IMG/VR virus record: IMGVR_UViG_3300002036_000007
Span: 242 to 64,241 of that record
Source: a virus
Strand: one strand, 5' to 3'
DNA length: 64,000 nt
How positions within the stretch are numbered: position 1 is the first letter of the stretch; every line of letters starts with the position of its first letter. The notes under the pieces were generated by a model. It did not search any database, was not told the origin of the DNA, and was given only the letters and a program-made list of their open reading frames with translations. Below are positions 1 through 9,583 of this stretch, one piece after another. Made by a program: the position numbers and the translations under genes.

Positions 1-2
1 TG

Positions 3-182
3 CAGAAAACACCGAGAGCAATTTGCAAAGAACGCGAAGACAACGACAGCGCATTAACGAGATTTGCAAGACAGTCAGAGCTGCTTGCAAAGCATGGGTT
101 TTTGATTCGTAAGCAAGAGGGTAAGTTCAAGCGCGATCACGCTTACCTATCGAATCAGTTTGAGATGGAGTTTGCAGCATGA
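3..182 (+). CDS. 3' end of a hypothetical protein (truncated by window edge)
   Basis: Frame 3 is open from the window start to TGA at 180-182, overlapping the next ATG (ATGA). Confidence 0.4.
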   Translation, partial: QKTPRAICKEREDNDSALTRFARQSELLAKHGFLIRKQEGKFKRDHAYLSNQFEMEFAA

Positions 183-421
183 GCAGACGCCCAGATTCAA
201 CGATAGATGGTTATGCCAGCAGTGCTGACCCAAAGCCAAAGCAACCAGAGACGCCGCCGCTCGATGACGCTATGGCGTTTAGTCGTTACAGCAGTAAATA
301 CGACGTGACGTTTTACGGCGCCACTCAAGCCGAAGCAGATCAGAAGCTACTTGACGCTGACGTGAAACGAAACGGCGAGCGGCATAAAAATATAAAACTG
401 GGGGCTTGGCGTGGTGAGTGA
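179..421 (+). CDS. hypothetical protein (nin region)
   Basis: 80-aa ORF coupled to the upstream ORF by an ATGA overlap. Confidence 0.55.
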   Translation: MSRRPDSTIDGYASSADPKPKQPETPPLDDAMAFSRYSSKYDVTFYGATQAEADQKLLDADVKRNGERHKNIKLGAWRGE

Positions 422-463
422 TCCTAAATTCGGAATAGACGAATCTGTAATGGTTGTGGGCTG

Positions 464-928
464 ATGACTGGCGAATACAACCAAGATTTCTACATCACTA
501 AAAAAGTGAATGTGGCTGATGTTGCAAATCACATAGCGCGGAAAATCAAAGAACTTCCGAATGATAAGCGCTGGCATGTTCACATTAAGCCGCTTTACAA
601 CAAAAGGTCAGTTGAGCAAAACGCCTATTACTGGTCTGCTGTTGTTCCTGTTGTTTGTCAGTGGCATAGAGACTCAAGGGGTGAGAATGTACCGCCCGAC
701 ATCATGCATGAGTTGTTCATTAAGCCGGTTTACTGCCCTTACACAACGACAATATTTAACGGTGCGGAAGTCAAGCATTATCTAACTACAACGCAGTTAA
801 AGACGTGGCAGTTCAACGATATGATTGATCAGATTGTCGCTGACTTTGCAGAGATGGGTTATATCATTTCACCGCCCGATCCGAATTGGAAAGTTAATGA
901 ACGACGACCAAAGGGTGAGGCGGCATGA
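464..928 (+). CDS. ninB: NinB/YbcN-family recombination protein
   Basis: Motifs KRSVEQNAYYW and STT-like LTTTQLKTWQFNDMIDQIVA; position in a nin-like cluster. Confidence 0.7.
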   Translation: MTGEYNQDFYITKKVNVADVANHIARKIKELPNDKRWHVHIKPLYNKRSVEQNAYYWSAVVPVVCQWHRDSRGENVPPDIMHELFIKPVYCPYTTTIFNGAEVKHYLTTTQLKTWQFNDMIDQIVADFAEMGYIISPPDPNWKVNERRPKGEAA

Positions 929-1035
929 CCCAGCAAACCAGAAACCTAATCGGCTTTGCATTGCATTTCGCTTTGGTTATGGGTACAGGCGTTTTGGTTG
1001 GTTATGTACTTACAATTGCTAGCGGGGCTGTGTGA
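925..1035 (+). CDS. 36-aa single-TM peptide (not in ORF track)
   Basis: MTQQTRNLIGFALHFALVMGTGVLVGYVLTIASGAV; overlaps both neighbours by 4 nt. Confidence 0.5.
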   Translation: MTQQTRNLIGFALHFALVMGTGVLVGYVLTIASGAV

Positions 1036-1406
1036 TGAAAGGTAAAACGTTAACGAAGACTGAAAAGCAATTACACAGTGATCTCAGGAATATCGGCTGC
1101 TGTGTCTGTCGCTTTGTGTACGACGCCGATATGGATTTTGGCAACGTGGAGTCAGTAACAGCGATTCACCACATAGAAGGCAAGACAAAGCCCAATGCGC
1201 ACAGTGTTGTTATACCGTTATGCGCTCAGCATCATCAACACGGCACGAAGCAACAGCCAAGTATTCACGCTAATGGGTCAGTGGGTGGCAAGGCTGATTT
1301 CAAACGTGTGCATGGTGTTACTGAATATGAACTGCTGGAGATGTGTGAGGCTTATCTTGACCAGCCATACAGTGATGAGTGTAACGATAGCGTTCTTATT
1401 GCATGA
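1032..1406 (+). CDS. Ref-like (recombination enhancement) HNH nuclease
   Basis: CCVC...IHHIEG...IPLCAQHHQHG zinc/HNH pattern. Confidence 0.7.
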   Translation: MMKGKTLTKTEKQLHSDLRNIGCCVCRFVYDADMDFGNVESVTAIHHIEGKTKPNAHSVVIPLCAQHHQHGTKQQPSIHANGSVGGKADFKRVHGVTEYELLEMCEAYLDQPYSDECNDSVLIA

Positions 1407-1825
1407 GCAGAAGATCATCAATGCACATGTCATCACTCGACGTTGAGCGGCATCAAGCCAAGCATGGGCGCAATAGAACGCCAGTTCAATCAAGATCAAG
1501 CAATGAAAGTGATTTTGCTTACCAGCTACGCAAGGCAGGATTACCAGAGCATGAGCAGAACTATCAATTTTCTGATCGACTTTGGACGTTTGATCATGCA
1601 TGGCCTGATTTACTTTTTGCTATTGAGGTTGACGGATTAAGAAAGGATGGCAAGGGAAACCACCAAACAGAAAAAGGTGTGACAAATGACTATCGAAAAG
1701 CAGGTTACGCAATGCGGTTTGGTTGGGAGGTTTTGCGTGTGACTAAGACCATGATTGCTGAAGGCGATGCGCTTGTGCTTACTCAGCAGTTGATAACTCG
1801 ACGTACGCAGGTTCCGAATAAGTAG
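1403..1825 (+). CDS. PD-(D/E)XK endonuclease (DUF559/Vsr-like), possible Holliday junction resolvase
   Basis: EQNYQF...W.FDHAWPDLLFAIEVDG...GWEVLRVT pattern. Confidence 0.7.
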   Translation: MSRRSSMHMSSLDVERHQAKHGRNRTPVQSRSSNESDFAYQLRKAGLPEHEQNYQFSDRLWTFDHAWPDLLFAIEVDGLRKDGKGNHQTEKGVTNDYRKAGYAMRFGWEVLRVTKTMIAEGDALVLTQQLITRRTQVPNK

Positions 1826-1843
1826 AACAGAGCAAATAGAAAC

Positions 1844-2410
1844 ATGCCTTTCCCAGAGAACACGATCCGCATTGATGGATTAGCAGGTCCGCGCAAAAAG
1901 GTCAGAAGAAAAGGACTTACATGGTATCAAATATGGATTAATGAAAAAGAGTACATGCGCTGCGTTGAAACCAGAAGATCAAGGCATGCTGATCATGTAG
2001 GTGCGATATTCAAAGGCGATCCAGATATATCAATAGACATACCGATTCACGAATTTAACGCCTACATGGTCAAGTACAATAATTATCAGCCAGGACACAA
2101 ACCGCTGTTTGATTTATTGCTAAAAATAATCTGCGCTTTGTGCGTTGAGGAAAGATGGGCATTTGTGCCAAATAAAAATAATCCTCAGTTAGAATGCTTG
2201 GCTAATCTGGTTCTGCACGAATACATTAGCCCTGCCGCATTTAACAAGCGCAACACAGAAAAGCGTGTGTTTTCAATATCAGCATTGGCCAAAGTAATGC
2301 ACATGGATCGCAAGACATACAACGCACATTGGCACAAGCGATTCTTAGCGCTCAGACCAATTATTAAAAAATGGGGTGATAGCGGATACACAAAGTTTAA
2401 GTATCGATAG
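1844..2410 (+). CDS. putative late antiterminator (Q-like)
   Basis: Last nin gene, C-terminal HTH-like segment (ISALAKVMHMDRKTY), immediately followed by a promoter-terminator pair like lambda pR'/tR'. Confidence 0.5.
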   Translation: MPFPENTIRIDGLAGPRKKVRRKGLTWYQIWINEKEYMRCVETRRSRHADHVGAIFKGDPDISIDIPIHEFNAYMVKYNNYQPGHKPLFDLLLKIICALCVEERWAFVPNKNNPQLECLANLVLHEYISPAAFNKRNTEKRVFSISALAKVMHMDRKTYNAHWHKRFLALRPIIKKWGDSGYTKFKYR

Positions 2411-2411
2411 C

Positions 2412-2440
2412 TTGGCACCATTCCCAAAATGGGGTATATT
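2412..2440 (+). promoter_or_regulatory. late promoter (pR'-like)
   Basis: TTGGCA-17 bp-TATATT starting 2 nt after the Q-like stop. Confidence 0.65.
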
Positions 2441-2482
2441 TGTGGCTATGTTGGGTGAATGCCCATTGCTTTAAGACCCGAG

Positions 2483-2505
2483 GCCGCTTTCACAGCGGTT
2501 TTTTT
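2483..2505 (+). terminator. intrinsic terminator (tR'-like)
   Basis: GCCGCT-TTCAC-AGCGGT followed by a T run. Confidence 0.8.
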
Positions 2506-2531
2506 ATGTCCGTTTAAACACTTCTCCTCCT

Positions 2532-2834
2532 GTGGCGTTAGCTACATTCAAGCCGCTCAGCAATGGGCGGCATTCTTTTTCAGCCCTGGTAAATCAAATG
2601 AAAGTAGCAAAAGCATTGCAGTGGTTGATCGATAACGAACCAGAAGGACTGAGAGTTAAATGGCTTGGGCAGACTGTCTATTTTAACGGTGAGAACGTAG
2701 AGATAGAACGCAAAAGCTGCGCACCGATGGTTTATACGCCAGTTGATTTTCTGCGAATTTACGCACGCGAGCGATTTTCGCACAGGTGGTCACAGTTGAA
2801 TTATTTCCAACAGAATGTCGAAGCGAGTAACTGA
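2532..2834 (+). CDS. hypothetical protein (start may be a later ATG, MKVAKAL)
   Basis: First ORF after tR'; no hydrophobic segment. Confidence 0.5.
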   Translation: MALATFKPLSNGRHSFSALVNQMKVAKALQWLIDNEPEGLRVKWLGQTVYFNGENVEIERKSCAPMVYTPVDFLRIYARERFSHRWSQLNYFQQNVEASN

Positions 2835-3504
2835 GAATTCCAAGAGCGGCATTATAGGCGCTCTCGTTTCATTCCTTGTACAAACCTTTTTTTACATCAA
2901 GAACGAAACCACAGGCGCACCACTGGATTTATTTGCCGCTGCCTACTTCGTGGATTGGATAGAAACGATCTGGCTAAACATGGGCCTTACAGGCGGCGCT
3001 GCTGCATGGTATAGAGACAAAGTTTCACCGCGTGAAACAGTAGTTACCACGCCAGCACAGACACAAATAGCAACACAACCTGAAGTTATTCCAAAGCCGG
3101 TAAAAAAAAACTGGCGATTCTCGACAAGATCAAAAATACAACTTGAAGGTGTAAACCAGCGCCTGGTTGATGTTGTTTACCGAGCGCTTGAGTTATCACC
3201 GTACGATTTTGCAGTGACTTCAGGACTGCGAACAAAAGAACAACAAGCGGCATTTTTCAAAGCCGGTGCATCCAAAACAATGAACAGCAAGCACTTGCGT
3301 GGCAGAGCTGTTGACATAGCGGCTTACGACGAGAACGGCCAAATAACTTGGGAGGTTCCGTATTACGCGGCTATAGCTGACGCCTTTATGGATGCTGCAG
3401 ACGAATTAGGCGTTGATCTGGAATGGGGCGGTGATTTTGACGGCTTTGTCGATGCGGTTCACTTCCAGCTATCGGATCGCGATATGGACATCACGCTGAC
3501 ATGA
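2815..3504 (+). CDS. endolysin, M15 L-Ala-D-Glu peptidase (T5-like), with an N-terminal membrane domain
   Basis: FSTRSKIQLEGV...FAVTSGLRTKEQQ...SKHLRGRAVDI...WGGDF.GFVDAVHFQL; hydrophobic stretches in the first 65 aa. Confidence 0.9.
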   Translation: MSKRVTENSKSGIIGALVSFLVQTFFYIKNETTGAPLDLFAAAYFVDWIETIWLNMGLTGGAAAWYRDKVSPRETVVTTPAQTQIATQPEVIPKPVKKNWRFSTRSKIQLEGVNQRLVDVVYRALELSPYDFAVTSGLRTKEQQAAFFKAGASKTMNSKHLRGRAVDIAAYDENGQITWEVPYYAAIADAFMDAADELGVDLEWGGDFDGFVDAVHFQLSDRDMDITLT

Positions 3505-3532
3505 CAAAGATTAAGTAATTAACAGACAAAAC

Positions 3533-3562
3533 AAAGGCCCGCCAAATTGACGGGCCTTTTTA
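3533..3562 (+). terminator. intrinsic terminator, possibly bidirectional
   Basis: AAAGGCCCG-CCAAATTGA-CGGGCCTTT-TT. Confidence 0.85.
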
Positions 3563-3617
3563 TTGGACGGTTGGGTCACCACACCCTTTCGGCCTATCAC
3601 AACTAGGAATAGTAGTT

Positions 3618-4319
3618 ATGACAGTAAAAGATAGTACCAAACATTATTGCGTTTATGCGCTGCAAACCAATCTGGGTAACCAGAATGCTCTAAAAATTGG
3701 CATGACAGGAAATCTTGCTGAAAGAATATCAACAATACAAACATCAATGCCCGCGCCGCTGATTCTTTTAGGGCACTGGAACATGCCTTCAAAAGACCAG
3801 GCTGGAGTGTTCGAGCAGAGTATTCATCAGAAAAATCAAGCGCTAAAAATAAGCGGTGAGTGGTATGACGACCGAATATTAGAGAGTATTCCCGGTTTTG
3901 ATTGGCCTTCTACTCATCCGCAGTTTAAGAAGCTAAAAAAGCATCGCTTGCAGCTTAATTATGCTGCGCTGATGGAAGATAAATATTTCAACGATAAGAC
4001 AAGATTTTACTTTTCTATATGCGCAGCTGTAGAGAATGGCAGGCATATAAACAAAGAAATAACGGATATAGCTTTTTCCGCTGATGTTGAATACCGAAAA
4101 GCACGCCGTTTCATGAATGAGCTTGTTGAGAATGGAAAAGTAATTCGTACAGGAAAGCCGCGCCATTACAAGTATGAGCTTAATGAAATTTATTCGTGGC
4201 ATGGGTCAGAAGAAAGCAGAAACAATCGCGTTGCAAAGCGACAAAGGCAGCAACTAACAGAAGTTCAAAAAAAGGCTGTAAAAGCAAATATGTCGCTGCT
4301 CGATGGCGGCAAATCGTAA
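3618..4319 (+). CDS. GIY-YIG/T5orf172 (MUG113-like) domain plus C-terminal winged-HTH
   Basis: YCVYALQ...LKIGMTGNLAERISTIQT...GEWY; C-term MNELVENGKVIR...YELNEIYSWHG. Confidence 0.7.
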   Translation: MTVKDSTKHYCVYALQTNLGNQNALKIGMTGNLAERISTIQTSMPAPLILLGHWNMPSKDQAGVFEQSIHQKNQALKISGEWYDDRILESIPGFDWPSTHPQFKKLKKHRLQLNYAALMEDKYFNDKTRFYFSICAAVENGRHINKEITDIAFSADVEYRKARRFMNELVENGKVIRTGKPRHYKYELNEIYSWHGSEESRNNRVAKRQRQQLTEVQKKAVKANMSLLDGGKS

Positions 4320-4334
4320 ACCGGAGTAACCGAA

Positions 4335-4850
4335 TTGGAAAGACGAACATTCACTAGGGCGGCACTTGTCAGCCCGATTCTACTAACCACAACAGGATGC
4401 CAAACACTTATGGGTATTGACAAAGACACAGCAATTGACGCGGTCAAAGGTGGCTCAGCAGTAGCAGAAGCCAAAGACATGCATGACGAGATCATGTCTT
4501 ATTTAAATGGCGACGAAATAGCAACGAAAGCGTTATCAGAGCCGGTTGCGTTTTTCAAAGTCGGCGCTGACTTTCTCGAAGGTAAGCTCGATGTTCCAGT
4601 GCTTGATATCTTTGAGGCACAACCTGATTACGTTGAGGATGTCCCTGTCCAATGGGGAGCTGGCAAGGCTGTATTGAATGAATATGCAGAGCGCACAAAT
4701 CAGCCCATTCCAGCGTCAATCATGGCGTGGATTGGAAATGCAGAGGCAGGCTGGGAAGTAGTCAAGAAAGCTGCATCAGTACAAGACAAGATTGTAAAAG
4801 CTGTTGAGCTGTACAAGATTGTTAAGCCGTTTGCACTGATGGCTCTGTAG
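4335..4850 (+). CDS. lipoprotein with a twin-arginine-like signal, lysis region
   Basis: TTG start; MERRTFTRAALVSPILLTTTG-C lipobox. Confidence 0.65.
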   Translation: MERRTFTRAALVSPILLTTTGCQTLMGIDKDTAIDAVKGGSAVAEAKDMHDEIMSYLNGDEIATKALSEPVAFFKVGADFLEGKLDVPVLDIFEAQPDYVEDVPVQWGAGKAVLNEYAERTNQPIPASIMAWIGNAEAGWEVVKKAASVQDKIVKAVELYKIVKPFALMAL

Positions 4851-4853
4851 TAA

Positions 4854-5003
4854 ATGCCAAGCTTCGAAAATCCCAGCAAGTCGATAGGCTACTACCGCGA
4901 CTTAAAAAAGCGTCGTGATGCTTATCGAAATAAGCTGATGTTAAAAGGCGTGCTTCCTAGGTCGTCCAAGATGGCCACGCTAATGCATCGCAAGTTTCGA
5001 TAA
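4854..5003 (+). CDS. 49-aa basic protein (not in ORF track)
   Basis: MPSFENPSKSIGYYRDLKKRRDAYRNKLMLKGVLPRSSKMATLMHRKFR, starting 3 nt after the previous stop. Confidence 0.5.
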   Translation: MPSFENPSKSIGYYRDLKKRRDAYRNKLMLKGVLPRSSKMATLMHRKFR

Positions 5004-5094
5004 GGGAGTAATAACCATCGCTTTTGAATACGCGGGTCACATCTGGCGAAAAGGGTGTGATCCGGCATTCTGGAAAACGTTTGTTCGTCACCCG

Positions 5095-5445
5095 GTGGCG
5101 ACAACTAAGAAAGTACGCAGCCAACCTTCAGTCCGTCGAGCCATGCTTGCTAAGGCCAAGGCTCAGCCCACATGCGAGGCGACAGGCGCAAAGAAGATAG
5201 CCGTTCATCACAACATACCGGCGTCAATTGACGACGTTCTGGCAGATAAAGAAAAGAATTTGACTTCGCTGCATCCGTTTATCCACAGAATACTTGCTCA
5301 TCCGTTTGGGTTCAAAAGCTACAACCCAAACATCGAACAGGATGCCGCTGACATGCTTGCAATTATTGAGCGAGCAAAAACTAACGCCATCAGAACCAAA
5401 TCATACAAGTGGTTTGAAAAGCAGAAAGCTTCGGGCGTAGCGTAG
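5095..5445 (+). CDS. HNH endonuclease-like protein
   Basis: CEATG...VHHNIP...NLTSLH..IHRILAH..KSYNP pattern. Confidence 0.65.
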   Translation: MATTKKVRSQPSVRRAMLAKAKAQPTCEATGAKKIAVHHNIPASIDDVLADKEKNLTSLHPFIHRILAHPFGFKSYNPNIEQDAADMLAIIERAKTNAIRTKSYKWFEKQKASGVA

Positions 5446-6038
5446 TGCTCTATAGCGAACTGCGCGATCAGGCCGAGACTGGCGATGTGCTAATGGTTGA
5501 GGGGCGCGGCTTAATATCGTTAATCATAAGGATGTTTACAGCCGAAAAGCTAAGCCATGTTGGCGTGCTGTGCTGGTTGGATGACCAAAAAACCTGTTTA
5601 GTTGTTGTGGAAATGAAAGAGTTTCTTGGATGGAGAATCAACAGGGCGTCGGATTGGATTGAGGATGTATTCGATGATGGTAACAACGTTTATTTCGGCA
5701 AAGCTCCAAAAACAGTAAGCGATTACGAAGCGATTCACCAGTACCTATTCAAGCGTAGGAAGCTTAAATACGACTACTTTGGACTGATCAAGATTTGGTG
5801 GTCACAACTTAGGCGTAAAGGCTTTAGAAAGGCCATAGACGAACGCACAGCCGAAGTATGCAGCACCTTTGCCGCTGGCGCATGGGGCGCTGGTAACTGG
5901 CTTAAACCCGATAAAGATTTCGACCCTGGTGATTTTTTTGAATACGCGCAGTGGACATCAATCGTACGCCTTGATCCGATCATCGAGTCAGAGGTGTTGG
6001 AAACAGACGAGAGTATGAGTACACAAAATGACGATTAA
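5445..6038 (+). CDS. permuted papain-like (NlpC/P60, YiiX/YaeF-type) amidase
   Basis: TGDVLMV...SHVGVL (His) precedes YDYFG...VCSTFAA (Cys): permuted catalytic order. Confidence 0.75.
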   Translation: MLYSELRDQAETGDVLMVEGRGLISLIIRMFTAEKLSHVGVLCWLDDQKTCLVVVEMKEFLGWRINRASDWIEDVFDDGNNVYFGKAPKTVSDYEAIHQYLFKRRKLKYDYFGLIKIWWSQLRRKGFRKAIDERTAEVCSTFAAGAWGAGNWLKPDKDFDPGDFFEYAQWTSIVRLDPIIESEVLETDESMSTQNDD

Positions 6039-7182
6039 TATATTTAACAGCAGTGCTGGAACAAGCGCGGCCAGTGTACGTGTTGCGCAGGTCAGCGTTG
6101 CTGACTTTGTAGCGCCTCTGCCGCCGTTACAGTACCCAGAGACACCGACATCAGCAGAGCTGGTTGCGTTGTTAAATTCACGCGCAGACCGGGATGATAT
6201 AGACGATTTTATTTACACGTCACCGCTGAACCGCACACTTTCTATGCCAGTTGGCGAAGATGCAAGCGGTAATAAAGTTGTCCACGTCAAAGATCAAATT
6301 GACTATGTTTATAACGGCCCACTAGCGCCAGCGCAGTATCAGACATTCGCGCCGCAGAGTTTAGTCAAGGTATTTGAAAACGACACGCTGCGACTAAAGC
6401 GGGTTAACAACGTTGGATCGCCGATCAACGTACCGCATGACTCAGCATCGCTTATTATCGGCGGGACAGGCGGCACAGGTGGTGTAAGCGCAACTGATTT
6501 ACAAAATGCTATTGCAGCAAGCGAAGCGAATTTTGCAGCACAATTAAGCGCTGCGATCAGTAACGAAGTACTTGCACGTAACGCAGCCATTAACAACAAC
6601 CCTAACGCCAACTTTACCGAAATCATATTGACTGGCAGCAACGCGCCAGCGGTTGGCGTGATACCGCCAGAGCTAACAAACCTACCGGCAACAGATCAGG
6701 AAGTTGACGATCTGGGGGCAGCAGTGTTTGGCGATTATCGTATTTTGTATGAGGTTGTTGGCTCAAATGGTAACTGGACTGAAACAGACAGGGTTTCTGT
6801 GGCTTCGCCATCGTCAACATTAACGCTAATAGGTGGTGCTGGAAACGATGCGACGTTTGGGTGGTTCCAAAGCCCAACAGACCCACTTGTTTATTATCCA
6901 TTCGCTGCAAGGTTGGACAACCCAAATCTTGATGTGACGAAGAACATCACAGACGCAGATGCTTATTTGCATTTTACCCTGCTAACCCGATTTACTCCCA
7001 TGCCATTTGAGCCTTCAATAGCTCAATTCTATGTCAGCGGCACGTTCAACAACACAAGCGTTATGGTCGGCAGAAAACGCTACTACGCTGTTGGTACGTT
7101 TGCCCAAAAACTAGTACAGCCAGTAGATAACAGCGCGATAGGAACTGTTATTGATGGCTGGGAATTTGCGGAGATTGTATAG
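6028..7182 (+). CDS. virion structural/fibre protein
   Basis: Gly/Ala/Thr-rich, with the fibre motif AISNEVLARNAAI; first gene of the fibre cluster. Confidence 0.55.
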   Translation: MTINIFNSSAGTSAASVRVAQVSVADFVAPLPPLQYPETPTSAELVALLNSRADRDDIDDFIYTSPLNRTLSMPVGEDASGNKVVHVKDQIDYVYNGPLAPAQYQTFAPQSLVKVFENDTLRLKRVNNVGSPINVPHDSASLIIGGTGGTGGVSATDLQNAIAASEANFAAQLSAAISNEVLARNAAINNNPNANFTEIILTGSNAPAVGVIPPELTNLPATDQEVDDLGAAVFGDYRILYEVVGSNGNWTETDRVSVASPSSTLTLIGGAGNDATFGWFQSPTDPLVYYPFAARLDNPNLDVTKNITDADAYLHFTLLTRFTPMPFEPSIAQFYVSGTFNNTSVMVGRKRYYAVGTFAQKLVQPVDNSAIGTVIDGWEFAEIV

Positions 7183-7779
7183 ATGCAAACACTAACCACA
7201 TTAGCGAATGATACCGATGCATCGCTATACCCCAATACACCAGAAACGTTTTCAAGCGATGGATATCTTGCGCGTGATGGTGAATGGTGGCTAGAGGGCG
7301 TTGCCGCAAACGACAGTGGCCATGAATTAATTGAGCTTGTTGCTGCTGACTTGGCGGCGATTGATGCGTTTACAAACACGGAGACACCAAACAAAACGGA
7401 TTTAATGTCGTGGGTATCTGCCCAGCCAGTCGATAGCGTAAAACCAGGACAAATAATCTGGTACTCATCTCCGCTTGGTCGTCCAGTACACGCTGAAGTA
7501 ATAACTGACGCAGCAGGTAACTTGGATGTGCTGGTGATAACGGACTACACCGAGCCGTATATCTATAAAGCCTCTACCACATCGGCAGCTGTCTTAAACG
7601 CTGCCAGCGCTGCTGATGCATTTGGACCAGGAACGATTGTCGAATACTTCGACGATCTTGTTAGCTTAAACGTAACACGATATGTCGTCGCGCCATCAGG
7701 TGGTTTTCTTGCGACTAGTTACACAGGCACAGGCGGCAATGCTGGCGGTGCATCGGCAAACCCAGCAGGAACATTTTAA
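7183..7779 (+). CDS. putative virion protein
   Basis: Abuts its neighbours in the fibre cluster; beta-rich and acidic. Confidence 0.5.
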   Translation: MQTLTTLANDTDASLYPNTPETFSSDGYLARDGEWWLEGVAANDSGHELIELVAADLAAIDAFTNTETPNKTDLMSWVSAQPVDSVKPGQIIWYSSPLGRPVHAEVITDAAGNLDVLVITDYTEPYIYKASTTSAAVLNAASAADAFGPGTIVEYFDDLVSLNVTRYVVAPSGGFLATSYTGTGGNAGGASANPAGTF

Positions 7780-7795
7780 CTAAAGGTACAAACCA

Positions 7796-9583
7796 ATGGC
7801 TGTTACCAGACCAACAACCCATTCAAAAGTACAGCCGCTTCTGTCTGATACAGCGGGGAATGCGCCTACTGCTGCTGAACTTGGCGATCAGGAGTTAGCG
7901 CTAAACTATGTTGATAAAGAGCTTTACTATAAACAGTTAGATGGCGTAGTAGGCAAAACAAACATATCGGATCGCCGTTACTTAGATTGGGCCGGCACGG
8001 ACCCGAACTATTTTGTTGCAGGCGACCCGGTAAAGGGATTTGCAACAAGGCTAGGTCAAACGTATAAATTAATAACCGACCCGGCAGTAGATCCTTTAGA
8101 TGATTCAGGCGAATGGTTGAAGATCGGATGGTATAAAAATAAATACAACTTACAAGACTACTTAAAACTAGACGGCACAGATGAAGGTGCTGCTGCACGA
8201 GCTTTTACTGAGTCAAAGCCATTAGGTAGTGTGTTTATAATCCCTGAAGGTAGGACGCTGGGTTTATCGCTTAACTTGCGATTGCTCGATGATCAGGAAA
8301 TTAGAGGCGCCGGTAGAGGGGCTACCATAAAAGTGGTCGGTGGTGCTGGTAAGCACATCATATTAAATCGAACCGCAGGTACAACAATTCGTGTCAGTAA
8401 TTTAACCCTAGATTGCGACAAAGTGGGCAATCCAGGCGGTCTAAGAAACTGCATTTACGGAAACACGGGGACTGTCATAGCAAAAGACGTAACCGTGTTA
8501 AATGCATCAGACTGCGGCATACGAATCGCAAATAGCAAGGGAAGCATCCTTGAGAATGTTAGGGCATCAAATTGCGAGCGCGGGGTCTATATAAACGGTC
8601 TAGGCACTCCTACAGAATTCACATCGTGTAATTTAGACGGGTTAGATGTCGATTTGTGTCGTAACGGATTGAACTGCCACAACGTATCCGGCAACTACAC
8701 AAACATAAAATCATATAACAATACACAGCATGGGGTTGTGTTTACTCATTCAGAGAGTGGTTTTACGCTAACAAATGTCGAGGCATACGGTAATCAAGAA
8801 TCAGGCATAGTATTGGGAGGGGCGAGCAACGCTAATCTTGGGTCTAATAGAAACTACCATCTAAACAATATTTATACTTATAACAATACATTTATTGGTC
8901 TCACAATAGATCCAACCGTAGCTGGAAGCGATGCTAAGTTTGAACAAGATGGAACCGTTACAGGAGTTACATCCGTAAATAACGGCATACACGGAATTAA
9001 TGTTACGCATAGCTCTGATCTAATTATTTCTAACGCTATAAGCATTACGAATTCCCAGCATGGTATTAGTTTAGCGAATAGCAAAGGGATTACGCTGGTT
9101 TCTCCAATCACAAAAACAAATTTAAGTTATGGAATAAACGTAGTAGGGATGGATGCAGGTTCGGGTGACCACAATATTATTTCACCAATATATATAGGAA
9201 ACATCCAAGGAACATTAAAAAACACAATTCCTCAAAATGTATTTGTTAGTGGTGAGTCATATCGTGTATGGAGCGTGTCTGCTTCATTACATTATGTTGC
9301 AAATGATCCGGTTAAAGGATTCGCAGCGCACAACGGAAAAATCTATAGATTGCAAGCTAATGCTATTAATAATGAGCTTGGTAATGGGATAACTATAGCC
9401 GACCGTGATGCACTAACCGGGATGCTGTACGGTGATTACGTGCTGATAACTGGTGCTAATAGTTTCTACTGGGATGGTGCCGTGTGGGTTGATTCTGGTG
9501 CAACCACAGCACCTACCGTGCCGCCAAATGCAAGCATCGACCCGGAACTAAATAGCGGGGCATGGATAGATGCAGCAATTTAA
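7796..9583 (+). CDS. tailspike/depolymerase with a right-handed beta-helix (pectate-lyase-like)
   Basis: N-terminal fibre anchor (APTAAELGDQELALNYVDKELYYK), VFIIPEG...IRGAG, and repeated N/G-I helix rungs. Confidence 0.8.
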   Translation: MAVTRPTTHSKVQPLLSDTAGNAPTAAELGDQELALNYVDKELYYKQLDGVVGKTNISDRRYLDWAGTDPNYFVAGDPVKGFATRLGQTYKLITDPAVDPLDDSGEWLKIGWYKNKYNLQDYLKLDGTDEGAAARAFTESKPLGSVFIIPEGRTLGLSLNLRLLDDQEIRGAGRGATIKVVGGAGKHIILNRTAGTTIRVSNLTLDCDKVGNPGGLRNCIYGNTGTVIAKDVTVLNASDCGIRIANSKGSILENVRASNCERGVYINGLGTPTEFTSCNLDGLDVDLCRNGLNCHNVSGNYTNIKSYNNTQHGVVFTHSESGFTLTNVEAYGNQESGIVLGGASNANLGSNRNYHLNNIYTYNNTFIGLTIDPTVAGSDAKFEQDGTVTGVTSVNNGIHGINVTHSSDLIISNAISITNSQHGISLANSKGITLVSPITKTNLSYGINVVGMDAGSGDHNIISPIYIGNIQGTLKNTIPQNVFVSGESYRVWSVSASLHYVANDPVKGFAAHNGKIYRLQANAINNELGNGITIADRDALTGMLYGDYVLITGANSFYWDGAVWVDSGATTAPTVPPNASIDPELNSGAWIDAAI

